Positions 1 through 12,333 of a stretch of DNA of 64,000 nt are shown in pieces. The first letter of the stretch is position 1; each line of letters starts with the position of its first letter. The position numbers and the translations under genes were made by a program. The DNA is taken from the NCBI RefSeq assembly GCF_001194135.2, contig NC_068987.1, positions 13,759,222 to 13,823,221 on the forward strand, read 5' to 3'. The DNA comes from Octopus bimaculoides (Eukaryota). Under the pieces are notes generated by a model, which worked only from the letters and a program-made list of their open reading frames with translations, made no database searches and was not told the DNA's origin.

Positions 1-3000
1 GTCCTACTGGAGTCAGTAAGGGCATCTAGCCATAAAAAACTGTCTTGAAAAATTCCATCCAAAGGAATTAAGACAATGTAGTTTAGAAATGAAGATTGAA
101 AAGTCAAGTTTCATAGACGAAATGGTTCAGTATAAGGAAATATAGTGATATGCTGTTACTCAAACTCATACAGTCCATTCTGGTGCAGAACAACTCAAGT
201 TAAATTCATGATATTCCAGAGATGATATAAGATCATGCGTCAGGACAAAAACTACTTCAAGTGGTAGAGTCGTATTTACTGTTTGATTCGCTTTAAATTG
301 TAATAATATATTAGATATCAAAGACTTTTGTTGCATCAGTTACCAGTTCACAGACATATAGAATGCAGATAAGTGTGCCCTAGACTTATATTAGATCCTA
401 GTAATAAGCATTATTAATCCCTAATTATCGACAAGGTGTCTTAAATGCTTTGCAAATTGCACAATGCAGACTATGCTTTTATCATCAAATTGCACCATTT
501 CTGTCAACACAGACAGAACAGGCAATGTTATGCACTAGAAACAACAACATACCACGCAGGTTGCACTACCTAGCAAGAGTGATGGACAAACCAATTTGCA
601 GTATTTCTCTTACAGCTCTTTATGTTCAAATTTCACCTGGAGTTGACCTTACTTTTGACAAAACACACCAGTTGTGTACAAGTTCACTTAACTTATTATG
701 TATGTATATGTGGCCTTATGTAAAAGCAACAGCAGTAATAGTTGCAGTGTGGAGAGAGGGTGAGTTGGCAGAAATAGTTAAATGCCAGGTAAACTATTTA
801 ACAGTGTTCGAGTTAATCTCCATGCTTTGAGTTCGAATCCAATCAAACCTATCTTCATTTTTTATCCCTTTAGGGTAACTAAAATAAGTAGCATTAATAT
901 GCAGAGAGCAGACTACCTTTGTGGGTTCATATTTGTGGCAGACAAATATTGTTATGTCTCTAGGCATGATGCTTAATTCCACCAGCTTCGGCTCATCTAA
1001 TTACTGGTACTAAGTATTCCTTCCAAAATGATATCCACATAGAATAGCAGGGAGTCAGTTATCACTCATTACTTAACTGAAACCACAGTGAAACAATGGC
1101 CCTTGTGAATCCCCAAGATTCATGAAAGAATTAACCTCCCAAAGATTTTTTTTTTTTTTTGAAGTGGGAAGGATGAAGAGGATAATTTACTTCCATAGCA
1201 TAGATGAGTAAACCAGAAATGTGAATGATGGGTATAGTAAACAATGTACATAGTAAGAACTTCCCAACAATACACAAAGTAACCAACTGCCATGATCACA
1301 AGTTCGAATAATGAATCACTATATCCTTATTTGTACCTTGTCAAAATAACCGAAACAAAATTTAGCATCTATTTAAAAATTACAATGACTGCTTCATTAG
1401 CTAGAATTGTGTCTACAAATAAATAAGAATGAATGTTTATAAACTTTCTACTACATGGTTGACTCAAGAAAAACACAGCCATTAGTCACATGAAGGGAAC
1501 AACATATTTACAAAAATAGGAGATGCACTTTTTAATTTCTTGTTTCTTTCATGAAACCAAATCAATTCAAATAATGATCACATCATATATTTATTAAAGA
1601 TTTTGGTCAAGAAGCCTCATATTAAAACGAAATGAATCAATGCCCTAAAATGATTCCTTTCTAAGAGATATTCCACAGCACTGGAGATGAATGAATCAGG
1701 CACTAGGGTTGATTCACCTGCAGCCCAATGTCCACGTATGTATGAAATCAGCAGTGAAGATGAAAGCCTTATGATTTCTTGATCTTTGTCAATATAGAAC
1801 AGTTTGCCAATTTTAGTAAAGTGAATTAAGCAGAGTTATACATCAAGGATGACACTAATGAAAACTAAAAGTTATTTTTTATAGACATCAAAGACAACAC
1901 CAAGGAAACCTGAAAGCTATTTTCTTTTTTTCTTACATGATTAAAAAGTGAAATTAAGATGCTAGGCAACTGGTCAAATGGTAAATGATTCTGACTTGAA
2001 ACATAGCTCTGATTAACCCTTTTTTGATACCAACCTGTCCAAGTCCACCCCTGGTTCTAGGACACAAACTTCCTGTTTTAAAGTGATTTAAATTAAAATC
2101 TTGCAAATTTCATGTTCAATTATGTTCCAAAGAATAGCTTAATTGTGTCAATTATTTTATTAAATTCTTCAGTATTTTCAAAATTAATTGAAACACAAGC
2201 AATGTATTTCAACAGAAATAGGTTTACTAGACTGTCTAAAGTTTTCACTCATAGACAAGAGATTTTAGTTTTTATACACACACACACACATATATATCAT
2301 CATCATCATTTAACTTCCATATATAATATCTGAAGTGGAGAGCCAGCTAATTTCACCCTTCTATCCACTACACCTACCAATTTTTGCTTGCTACCAGATC
2401 ACAAAAACTTCATACAAACACTGTAACTGGAAACATCACAGTGTTAACATGCAATATAAGTAACTCCTCATAGAGGTAGTTCTGAGGAAAAGTAGGCAAA
2501 GGAATTAAAAGAACATTGCACAAGAACTGTGGGAAGAGGGGTTGGTTGCAACCAAAATGTGGAGAAGTTTGCTGTATTACAAACACACAAATCATATCCA
2601 CATGAAAACTGATGTAAAACTGAAGATGACAATGTTGAAAGCTTCAAACACTACTTAACAATCCTTCATTCTAAAGACTGCTACCAAAATGAACATCCTT
2701 CCCTTTTCTTAGATTGCACAATACATTAAGTAACAACTCTTCAAACCCTTTATTCACTGCATCTATTTCAGTTGACTTCTAAATTCTCAAAGGTCCAGAA
2801 AATACTCTACCTCATCAGACAAAATGATAAATAGACATTTACAATCCTATATGGCAAAATACTGAGTAATTTTAAGATATACGGAACTATATCAATAATT
2901 CCAAACTTAATAGCACTTAGCTTTTTAAGCACAAGTTTACCTAAACATGCATTACTGTAGTAATGTTTATTTTATAAGCTACATTCTGAGTTCAAATTCC

Positions 3001-3214
3001 ACCGAGGTTGACTTTGCCTTTCATCCTTTCGGAGTTGATAAATTAAGTACCAATTGTATACTGGGGTCAATCTAAACAACTGGCTCCCTACCCAAAAATT
3101 TCAGGCCTTGTGCCTAGAGTAGAAAAGAATATTTAGTTTATTTAGTTGAATAAAATTTAAAATTTCATATTCTTAATTAGAAGAAAAATTTACAGGCTTA
3201 TAATTCCAGGAGTA

Positions 3215-3244
3215 AAATACCAAACCAGATCTGGTTTGGTATTT
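3215..3244. repeat. 30-bp perfect palindrome, no spacer
   Basis: AAATACCAAACCAGA|TCTGGTTTGGTATTT. Confidence 0.95.
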
Positions 3245-4281
3245 CAGTTTTGAGTTTAAACCCTGTTGTCAATGGTTACAAAATAAAGTTGATATTGTCA
3301 ACACACTGCTTTAGCTTTGCTCTACATTTCAAAAAAATGTTTCTGAAATTCTCGGAAATGATCAGGAAGTTTAATACAGATATATACCGCCTAAATTAGC
3401 CATCTGGAATTTGGATACAAATAAAAGGAAGACAATTTCATCTGACAAAGAATAGGGAATCAAAAGAAGGGATCAAGAGGTTAGAAGTGAAATTTTGTAG
3501 GGGACTTGACTTTGAATTAATAGGAAGCATTATTATATATTCTAATGTATATACATATAAGTAAAAATGTGTTTTGATAAACCACCTAAAAATCCTGTTT
3601 GTTACAAGTAACTTGGTATCTCATCATTTGCCACAAGTGTGGTTGAAAGTAAAATGGAAGAAGAAAACAATGAAAACATATTTCTAGACAATTTCAGATG
3701 AGAACACTTACTATAAGAAACAAAACTTAAATTAATAACTGCAACATAAATTTAATGCAAGGGGCAAACTTTCTTCTATCAGCATAAAAAAAACAAAGAT
3801 AACATCTAGATAGAGATATTGAACTTAGAACAACAAACGCGATTATAAATCTGCAGCAGAATATGTACAACACAAGCAAAGAATATCAACATGTTATCCT
3901 GCATACATAAATGGATGTGTGTGTGAGGGGTGGCTGTGTGGTTAAAAAGCTTGCTTCCCAACCATGTGGTGCCTTGGCCAAACGTCTTCTAACTTGGTTT
4001 TAGGCCTTATGAGTATGTTTGATAGAAACCTAAAAGAAGACCACTCTGCCATGTGTGTGTGTGTGTGCTTGTGTACCTCTTTGTCTAACCATCACATGAT
4101 AGTTGTAAATGAGCATCATCGTCATACAAATGAGGTGGTTTGTTGCCAGTCTTCTGGAAACAAACCACGTCTAGGAATGAGAAATTGCTTGGAAACGTAT
4201 GGGTTGTCAACAAGAAGGGCATACAGCTACAGAAAATCTGCCTCAACAAATTCTGTGAATGCATGAAAAAATAGACAAATG

Positions 4282-4313
<32 letters not shown>

Positions 4314-6617
4314 CACTTTGTCAAGCAATCACATGGCTTTCAATTTCCAGGCTCAAAATCATGAGGTAGTGAGCTTGATTCCCAGACCAGGCTGTGTGTT
4401 GTGTTCTTGAGCAAGACACTTTATTTCACATTGTTCCAGTTCACTCAGCTGTAGAAATGAGTTGTGACATCACTGGTCTCAAGTTGTATCGGCCTTTGCT
4501 TTTCCCTTGGATAACATGGGTGGTGTGGAGCGGGGAGGCCAGTACGCACTGGCAACTGCTGGTCTTTCATAAACAACCTTGCCTGGGTTTGTGCCTCAAA
4601 GGGTAACTTTTTAGGTGCAATCCCATAGTCATTCATGACCAAAGGGGTTTTATACCTAGATATATATAGTGAAGGTACATGGCCTAGTGGTTAGGATGTT
4701 GCAGTCATGAATGCAAAATCGTGGTTTCAATTCCCAGACCAGCAGTGTGTTGTGTTCATGAGCAAAATCTTTCATTTCACATTACTCCAGCTCACTCAGC
4801 TATGTGTAACCCTGTGACAGACTGGTGTATTGGTCACATGAATGTTGGCCTGCTTGCCTAGCTAGTAAGATGGCATCATTCGAAAGCTACAATTATGTGA
4901 GGAAACGTACAATGACCAGCAGTGTGTAACAACATCTGATAGTTTATCCTTGAATACAGGCATTTCCCCTATATCCCTCTTTAGCTAAGCAACCCTAATC
5001 TTGTAGGCTCATGGGTGCTGATGCCACAATGAAAGCACCCATGCCAGTGCTTCGTGACAGGACCCAATACACTCTGTTAAGTGGTTAGCATTAGGAAGGG
5101 CATCCAATCATAGAAACCATGTCAAAACAGACATGGTGTCTAAGCAGCTCTTCAGCTGACCAGCTCCTATCAAACCATCCAACCCATGCCAGCATGGAAA
5201 ATGGACACACGATAATGATGATGAGATATACACACACACACACACACACAATTTTATATTTTCATGTTGAGAAGCCTGGCAATACCCAGAGCCTGTGCAG
5301 GCCCTCTGAGATTTGTGAGACTGATGGCATCTTGAACCTTTGCAAATCAATAATACCTGCAGGAAAGACACGAACAGAGAAGAAATTCTAGTGGGATGAC
5401 ATTCTGGAAAGAAAGGACTGGATACAACAATTAGTGCCAGTCTTGGGTGTTGAACATGAAGGTTATGAGAGGAGAACAGAAGTAACATGAGCTCAGCTTG
5501 TACCAAGAAGTACAGACCATTATAGTATCAATAGAAAAGGCAAAGAACAGAGACAGTACACAGAAGGACCAGAGTGTGTCTGAGTGTGAGTGATGACCAG
5601 AGTCTGTGTCTGAAAGTGACTTTATGACAACCATGTGGCCCTGAACTTGATGTGGCCTACAATGTCTGTGTGTGTGCAGTAGCAGCAGCACCATTCCAGA
5701 TGTGAGGGCAATTGTCCATTTTGGGCCTCACATGGGCTTTATAGAGTGTCAATAGTTGTTAAGTATTGGGCTATCTTGTATCCCCTGCTCTCCAAAAATG
5801 GGTTGGTTTCTGAGATGCAGGCCTAGTTAAGTTAAAGATGCACTTTTGCCAAGAGAGATCCTCAGTGATAGTGAGGCTCAACATTTGGAGTAAACATCAA
5901 GGCTCAAACTGCATGCTTATCATGGTTAAAGAAGGTGTAGCGTCTTTAATCATTTAATTATTTCAGTCACTGGACTGTGGCCATTTTGGCGCACCACTTT
6001 GAAGAGTTTGGTCAAACAAATGAACTCCAGTACCTGTTTTGAAATCTGGCACTTATTCTATTGGTCTTTTTTGTGAGGACATAAACAAACTAACAGCAGC
6101 TGTCAAGTGTTGGGGGCTACAAATACACACACACACACACACATATATACATGATAAGCTTCTATACAGCATCCATCTTCCAAATTCAGTCACAAATTGC
6201 CATGCAGTGGGACTGAACTTGAAATCACATGGCTGCAAAGCAAACTCCTTTACCAATCATAAGGTTTTGCTGTTGAAACAGACAAGATTGATTTATCTCC
6301 ATTATAAGAGGCTTTTAGGGTCTGTATTCATGGAATCCATTCAGGACTAATGTGTGGTGGCAAAGCAAGTGAATAATTCATGGCTGGGGAAGATTACAGA
6401 AGACTGAAGAATAGAGTCATCCACATAAGAGTGGCACTGATGGATTTGATGATAAGTAAGCTATTGATGAACAGAAGGAAGAAAGCCAGAAACAAAACAA
6501 AACCCTAGAGCATGCCAGAGTTGACAGAATGAGGGACAAAAAGAGCTCCCTTAACACATGCTGTGAGAGTAAGCTCTAATACAAAACTATGCAAACCAAA
6601 CACAAATAATGACTTCG

Positions 6618-6817
6618 TTATTTACATTTGACGGATATTTGTCCTCATTTTGTTAGTTGTTAACACAACGTTTTGGCTGATATACCCTCCAGCCTTTTTC
6701 AGGTGTCTTGGGGAAATTTCAAACCTGGGTTCTCGTTCCTGGGTTAACAACAAACAAGATGAGGACAAATATCTGTCGAATGTAAATAATGCACATAATT
6801 CCTCATCTCTTAAATAT
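6618..6817 (-). mobile_element. Family A element, 5'-truncated: hammerhead-like tail with an inverted copy of its 3' end
   Basis: Inverted arms ~6618-6665 and ~6743-6789. Minus strand 6707->6662 reads GACAC CUGAAAA A GGCUG GAGGGUAUAU CAGCC AAAA CGUU GUGUU. Homologous to 46024-46389. Confidence 0.75.
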
Positions 6818-7316
6818 AACAACATTTCATTCACCAAATCTCATCATAGCACCAGTTAATTGCCAGGTGAGATAAAAGTGCAAGTCCTGCATGGATCTGG
6901 CATAACAGAAAGTGTACTAATGGTCACTGAGGGGAGAGAAGTATTCAAGATGTCAATGGTTGTATCTGTTAATGGTTGGCAAGATCAGAGATACCCCCCC
7001 CACACACACACATGCATGTATACCATTATCATTATTGTTTGATGTCCATTTTTCCGTGCTTGCATGGGTTGGATGGAATTTGCTGAGGTGGATTTTCTAC
7101 AGCCTGATGCCCTTCCTGTCACCAACCCACATTTGTTTCCAAGTAAGGTAATATCTCCCCGTGACTAGACAGGTTTTCTTGAAAGATTGAAAATGAAGGT
7201 CATTGCTTGCATGATGGTGACATTCATTTACAACTATCACAAAAAGTCAAGGAAAGGAGGCAGTAACACACATACATGTGTGTGTGTGTGTACATGAGAG
7301 ATTTCTTTCAGTTTCT

Positions 7317-7548
7317 TATTCTTTATTGCTCACAAGGGGTTAAAGATAGAGGGAACAAATAAGGACAGACAAATGGATTAAGTCGATGACATCGACCTCC
7401 AGTGCGTAACTGGTACTTTAATTTATCGACCCTGAAAGGATGAAAAGCAAAGTCAACCTCGGTGGGATTTGAACTCAGAACGTAACGGCAGACGAAATAC
7501 CGCTAAGCATTTCGTCCACTGTGCTAACGTTTCTGCCAGCTCGCCGCC
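7317..7548 (-). mobile_element. Full-length tRNA-derived SINE (family a) with 15-bp TSD
   Basis: GGCGGCGAGCTGGCAGAAACG head and GAGTTCAAATCC B box; TSD TTTCTTTCAGTTTCT at 7302-7316 and 7549-7563; inserted into another SINE. Confidence 0.85.
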
Positions 7549-8256
7549 TTTCTTTCAGTTTCTGTCTATCAAATCCGCTCACCAATGCTTTGGTTGGCCC
7601 AGTGGGATTGTGCCACACAGTGGGACTGAACCGAAGACTACATGGTTGGGAAGCAAGCTTCTTACCACAGAGCCACAATCATCATCATCATCATTTAATG
7701 TCTGTTTTCCAAACTGACATGGCTAGGATGGTTTGCCAGGAGCTGGAAAGTCAGAAGACTGCACCAAGATCTGTCAGTTTTGGCAAGGTTTCTACAGCTG
7801 GATGCCCTTCTTAATGCCAACCAGTCTACAAAGTGTACTGGATGCTTTTTATGTGGCACCTGCAGCAGTGATGTCACCAAGTAACTTGCAGGACAAGACC
7901 CCTCAACTGGGGGGGGGGGCAGTAGTAATGAGGGAGAGAAAAGGTGACTTGCATTAGAAGAGAAAGATCGCAGATGTGATGGGGAGGGGGGAGACACTCA
8001 AGTTACAGAGTGATGTACATAGTGAAGTGGACCAGGGATTGGAGTGGGTGAGTGGGTTCACTACATTTAAAAAGGAGAGTGGGAGCTAGAAATGGGGGAG
8101 AGAGGGAGGATATATTAGGAAAATACGTTGTGGGGAAGGGATTTAACAGGGGCATATTGTATGCAGGTAGGTACACAGGGGGGTGGGATACACACACGCA
8201 CACACATTTGAATACATGCATTCATATATATATAGACATGCATAGACACATATGTA

Positions 8257-8304
<48 letters not shown>

Positions 8305-9547
8305 CCAAGCTAGCATGAAAAGTAAATGTAATTTCTGCTGATTAAAAAGAGAAAAGAAAAAAAAACTATGTGTGTTTGTGTGCTTGCGTACACAAACTTT
8401 TTAGAATAGAATATAAGTAAGCTCACAAAGAAAGATTTCCTGTCACAAACAGAGTGGCATTTCTGAAAAGGTTTTCAGCAATATACTTTCTCAATATCTC
8501 AAAAAACATCTAGTATATCATAAACTGTCTTATTTTTCATTTAGATTGCCTGTACATTAAAAAAACATTGGCCAGTACCACCTATTAAATTAAATTGAAA
8601 CCTAATGCTTTGCAAACTAATTTCATAATAGTTATTATTGTATACCTAAGCCTCTTGACTAGCCTAATCTTTTATGCAATGGTAATGATTAAAGTTAAAT
8701 GGTCATGTAGTGTCATAATACAATATTTAGGCCCAAAAAGCAAAGGATTAGATTGTGCTTTTGTAAGACAATTAGCTTAAATCTTTTTTTTTTTTTTTTT
8801 TTTTTTTTTGCTTTTGTTATTACTTTCGTACAGAAATTGTTGGATGGATACAATTTTTATTTAAACATATTGGCATAAATAGTATACAATGTTTTTGCAT
8901 GTACCTCTCTGTCTGTCTATCTCCCTCTCTCTCTCTCCCTCTCCCTATCTCTCTCTCCCTCTCCCTATCTATCTATCTATATATATATATATATATATCA
9001 TCATTATCACCATCGTTTAACGTCCGTTTTCCATGCTGGTATGAGTTGGACGGTTTGACTGGGGACTGGCAAGCTACTAGGCTGCGCCAGGCTCCAATCT
9101 AACTTGGCAAGGTTTCTACAGGAGTGCCCAGGCTTCAATTATTTGTTTTGGCATTGTTTCTCTGGCTGGATGCACTTCCTCATGCCAACCACTTCAGACT
9201 GTACTGGGTGCTTTAAACATGGCACCGGCACAAGTGCCCTTAAAATAGCATGGGCATGAGTGCTTGCAGCATGGCACTGCCATGAGTAGTTTCAGCATGA
9301 CACAGATGCTTTTAATGTGGCGTCTTATTCATGAGGATGCAAACATGCTGGTATGCTTATATTCCGCAATCACTGCCTGAATAATGCTGATGTGAAATAT
9401 TATAACCAGTCACTCTGCAGTATCAGTATACCATGCTTATATGGATCAGAAGTGTCGTGATGATCTGAGTCAGTTCTGGTTTTGGGTTATTGTCATCACT
9501 GCCCTATCTTCTCTAGAATAACTATTGCTTAACCATTTTCTTGCACC

Positions 9548-9595
9548 GTCTCTGATGAACGTATATATAAAATATCCTGGGAACAGCTGTAGGAC
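9548..9595 (+). ncRNA. Degenerate type-I hammerhead-like motif (family B)
   Basis: GUCU CUGAUGA ...AUAU-loop-AUAU... GGAAC AGCU GUA GGAC: stem I GUCU/GGAC, intact CUGAUGA, palindromic stem III ACAGCUGU, GUA triplet. A13->G and a weak stem II. Confidence 0.5.
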
Positions 9596-9690
9596 CTCCT
9601 TATAAATGATTTGAAATATTTCACAGCTTTGGATTTTTATCTCCTATTAATTTTATATAGATATACATACATATATATATATATATATAT

Positions 9691-9790
9691 NNNNNNNNNN
9701 NNNNNNNNNNNNNNNNNNNNNNNNNNNNNNNNNNNNNNNNNNNNNNNNNNNNNNNNNNNNNNNNNNNNNNNNNNNNNNNNNNNNNNNNNN
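9691..9790. other. Assembly gap (100 N) inside a (TA)n tract
   Basis: Run of N; a second 10-N gap is at 37124-37133. Confidence 0.99.
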
Positions 9791-10941
9791 AATATATATA
9801 TACATATATATAATATATATATACATTATATATATATATAGATATAATATACATATATTATATATATATTACATAGTTATATATATATTATATACATATA
9901 TGTACACATATATTACATATATATATATAATATATACATATATATATGTATGCATATACATATAGGAAGAGAGAGAGAGAGAAAGAGGGATGGAAGAAAA
10001 GATATTAACAAAAATTCAAGCATCTCATCAGGTGCGAAGATTTCACGAACATTAGAAATTGTGAAAATTAATTTTATTACATACACAACTTCATTTCATG
10101 TGTGTGTGTGTGTATGCACAATTGGCATAGAATATATAGATATACACTGTATATCTGTACATATCTAATGTTTTATATATATATATATAATCGAAGTAAA
10201 TGCTCTAGCTCTAAATCCAGGAACATTAACTTTGAAAATATGATCAAGGTATTATAATTTTATGAGAGAATGTTGACGGGAACGTTGAGAATAGCAGTTA
10301 CCCAAGAGGAATACACACACGCGCGCATACACACACATATAGACATATATTCCTACTACATATCTATCAACTGACCTTAACAAGTGTAAACAAAAAGAAA
10401 ATGAATATAAATGAAAGGAGAAAATGAAATGCATACTTAATAGAGTTATAAAAAGGGGGAATCTTTCTATTTATTTATATTTCTTCGTATTTTCCGGAAG
10501 AAATACTTGAATGATATATAAACAACACCGAGGGTAGATGATAGCAAGACAACATTTCAATATACAAGCATCGATCGAAACACTCCATCTCTTACAAGAA
10601 TCATTAACATTTAACACACACACATGAGTACAGTGAGAGACAGGTATCCTCTAAAATCGACCCCTGATATTGTAATCACTGTACTTCTACTGACTCATTT
10701 GCTAAACCATACATGTGCTTCTCTGGGTGTTCTTTAAGTCTTTTTCTAACAGGGGTACCCTTAGCATCTTTCATAAAACTTAACAGAACTTCCGGCATTA
10801 ATCAATTCTTCTTAATTCTCCATCATTACTACACATCGTTAAAATCCTTCAACACCCAAGAATGCATATAGTTTTTTTTTTTAGTGTGTTTTTTTTACAT
10901 TTTTAAAGCTATTTTCTAACTGTCATTTCGTTAATTTATAC

Positions 10942-10951
10942 AAAATGGCGA
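10942..10951 (+). promoter_or_regulatory. YY1 consensus-like motif AAAATGGCGA in liprin-alpha intron
   Basis: Close match to the YY1 AAnATGGCG consensus, ~115 bp into the intron, in a CpG-containing patch. Confidence 0.35.
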
Positions 10952-11065
10952 CGGTATTCCGTGCCCAGTGTCAACTAGAATTCTTAGGTTGGTCCGCATT
11001 TACAAGCAAAAAAAAAAGCGGCAGCATCGCCAACTAGAAATGTATTAAATGACATATCATCTTAC

Positions 11066-11305
11066 CTGAGGGGTGGTGGCTTGCAACTGTTTTTGAAATG
11101 CGTCCCTTTCTCTTTCAACTTCACCTAGTTTTGCTTGGCCTAGACTGTAAGCTTCTTGGGTCTCACGTAAGGTTTCCATCAACTTGTCGCGCTCGTCCAA
11201 CATGTTAACCATAAGCTGTTCGAAATTAGCATCATCTTGAGCACCCTGAGCTTCCCGGTCATTCGACCCATCTTCCGAAATCGTTGGCATCACGTCACAC
11301 ATCAT
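11066..11305 (-). CDS. PPFIA: Liprin-alpha (PPFIA family) first coding exon, 80 codons, phase-0 donor; gene continues left beyond the window
   Basis: Translation MMCDVMPTISED...FEQLMVNMLDERDKLMETLRETQE...LQATTPQ matches the hallmark liprin-alpha N-terminus (MMCEVMPTISE...FEQLMVSMLEERDRLL.TLRETQE). It ends at CAG|GTAAG (GT at 11065-11064), at the PQ|EF position where, as I recall, vertebrate PPFIA genes also have an intron. No downstream exon recognised in 1-11065. Confidence 0.96.
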
Positions 11306-12272
11306 TTTGAATGCTTTATATTATGAAGAACTCTACACACGATAAATTTAAGGGGGGAAATATCCGAATGAAATGGCTCTTTTTGGTTTTCTAATCCTTT
11401 TTTAAATATCTTCTCTCTTTTAGAAAGTAAAAATTCCTACTAACCACCACCACAGGGAAAGATCATACACAAACTGTTGTTATAATTCTAGGTAAAACAC
11501 ACACTCCACAGAGATCCGCCTACGTTTATCCATATTTTCTGCAAGATAAAATCCTAATCTTTCCGTTTAGATATGTCATGAAAATGTACATCTCTCTCAT
11601 CTCAAGTTTATGTGACAAGAATCGTTGAGAATCATACTGAGGGGCTCCGGTGTCCTTCCCAGAGAGGGCAGTAACAGTTATCCCTCACACAGAAACCCTT
11701 TCGGAAGCCATTTTCCTCCCTCATAAACTGTGTCATTCCCACAATGCATCAAAATAGCCTCTAGTTCGATTTTTTGCCACTTGATGGCGTTATTCATAAT
11801 GTTGCATTATGAATATGCTGTTCACCCGGCGCTTAGTATTATCTCACGACCACAGAGAACAGAATACTATACAACCGACGCATAAAATTTTTGTCTTTTC
11901 TTCATATATATACAAACGATTTTATAACTGATTTTTTTTTCCCGTTATTCAATGATATTTTTAATTAATTTTGTTTTAAATTAGAAGATAATTTTTAATA
12001 ATTTTCGAAATTATTATTATTTTTCATTTTGACTAACCAGTTATACTGCGCTGTGTAATGTAATCCGATCGAATCAATTTCCTTGTAGATTACATGTATA
12101 CAGGAAGCCTGTTGGATAGCAGTGTAAGCAGTGCCGTCTTATTAGCAATTGAGGCGTAACTAGCCGTGTTTGTTTCATTACATTATGGAAGTTGTCTGTC
12201 TATCGAATGACTTACAATAAATTCGAACAGCATTAATTGCCGTGAGGTCATGTTTTGCACCAACATGTGGAA
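11306..12272. promoter_or_regulatory. Candidate bidirectional promoter and 5' UTRs between liprin-alpha (-) and TMEM183 (+)
   Basis: 967 bp separate the divergent ATGs. No recognisable SINEs, locally more CpGs, and a central AT-rich tract (~11930-12030). YY1-like AAAATGGC on the minus strand at 11707-11714. TSSs are not determinable from sequence. Confidence 0.6.
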
Positions 12273-12333
12273 ATGTCAAAAGAGTTCAAGAAAGAGCTAA
12301 AAAATAAAAAACGAAGGGATGTCCTTTTAACAG
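12273..12333 (+). CDS. TMEM183: Inferred first coding exon of TMEM183 (MSKEFKKELKNKKRRDVLLT + G)
   Basis: ATG at 12273, 20 codons plus 1 nt, strong donor CAG|GTAAGT at 12334. The phase-1 end joins 58057 to give GAT (Asp) in frame. The basic N-terminus is about the length expected ahead of the T..DY motif. Linkage across 45.7 kb is inferred, not shown. Confidence 0.68.
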
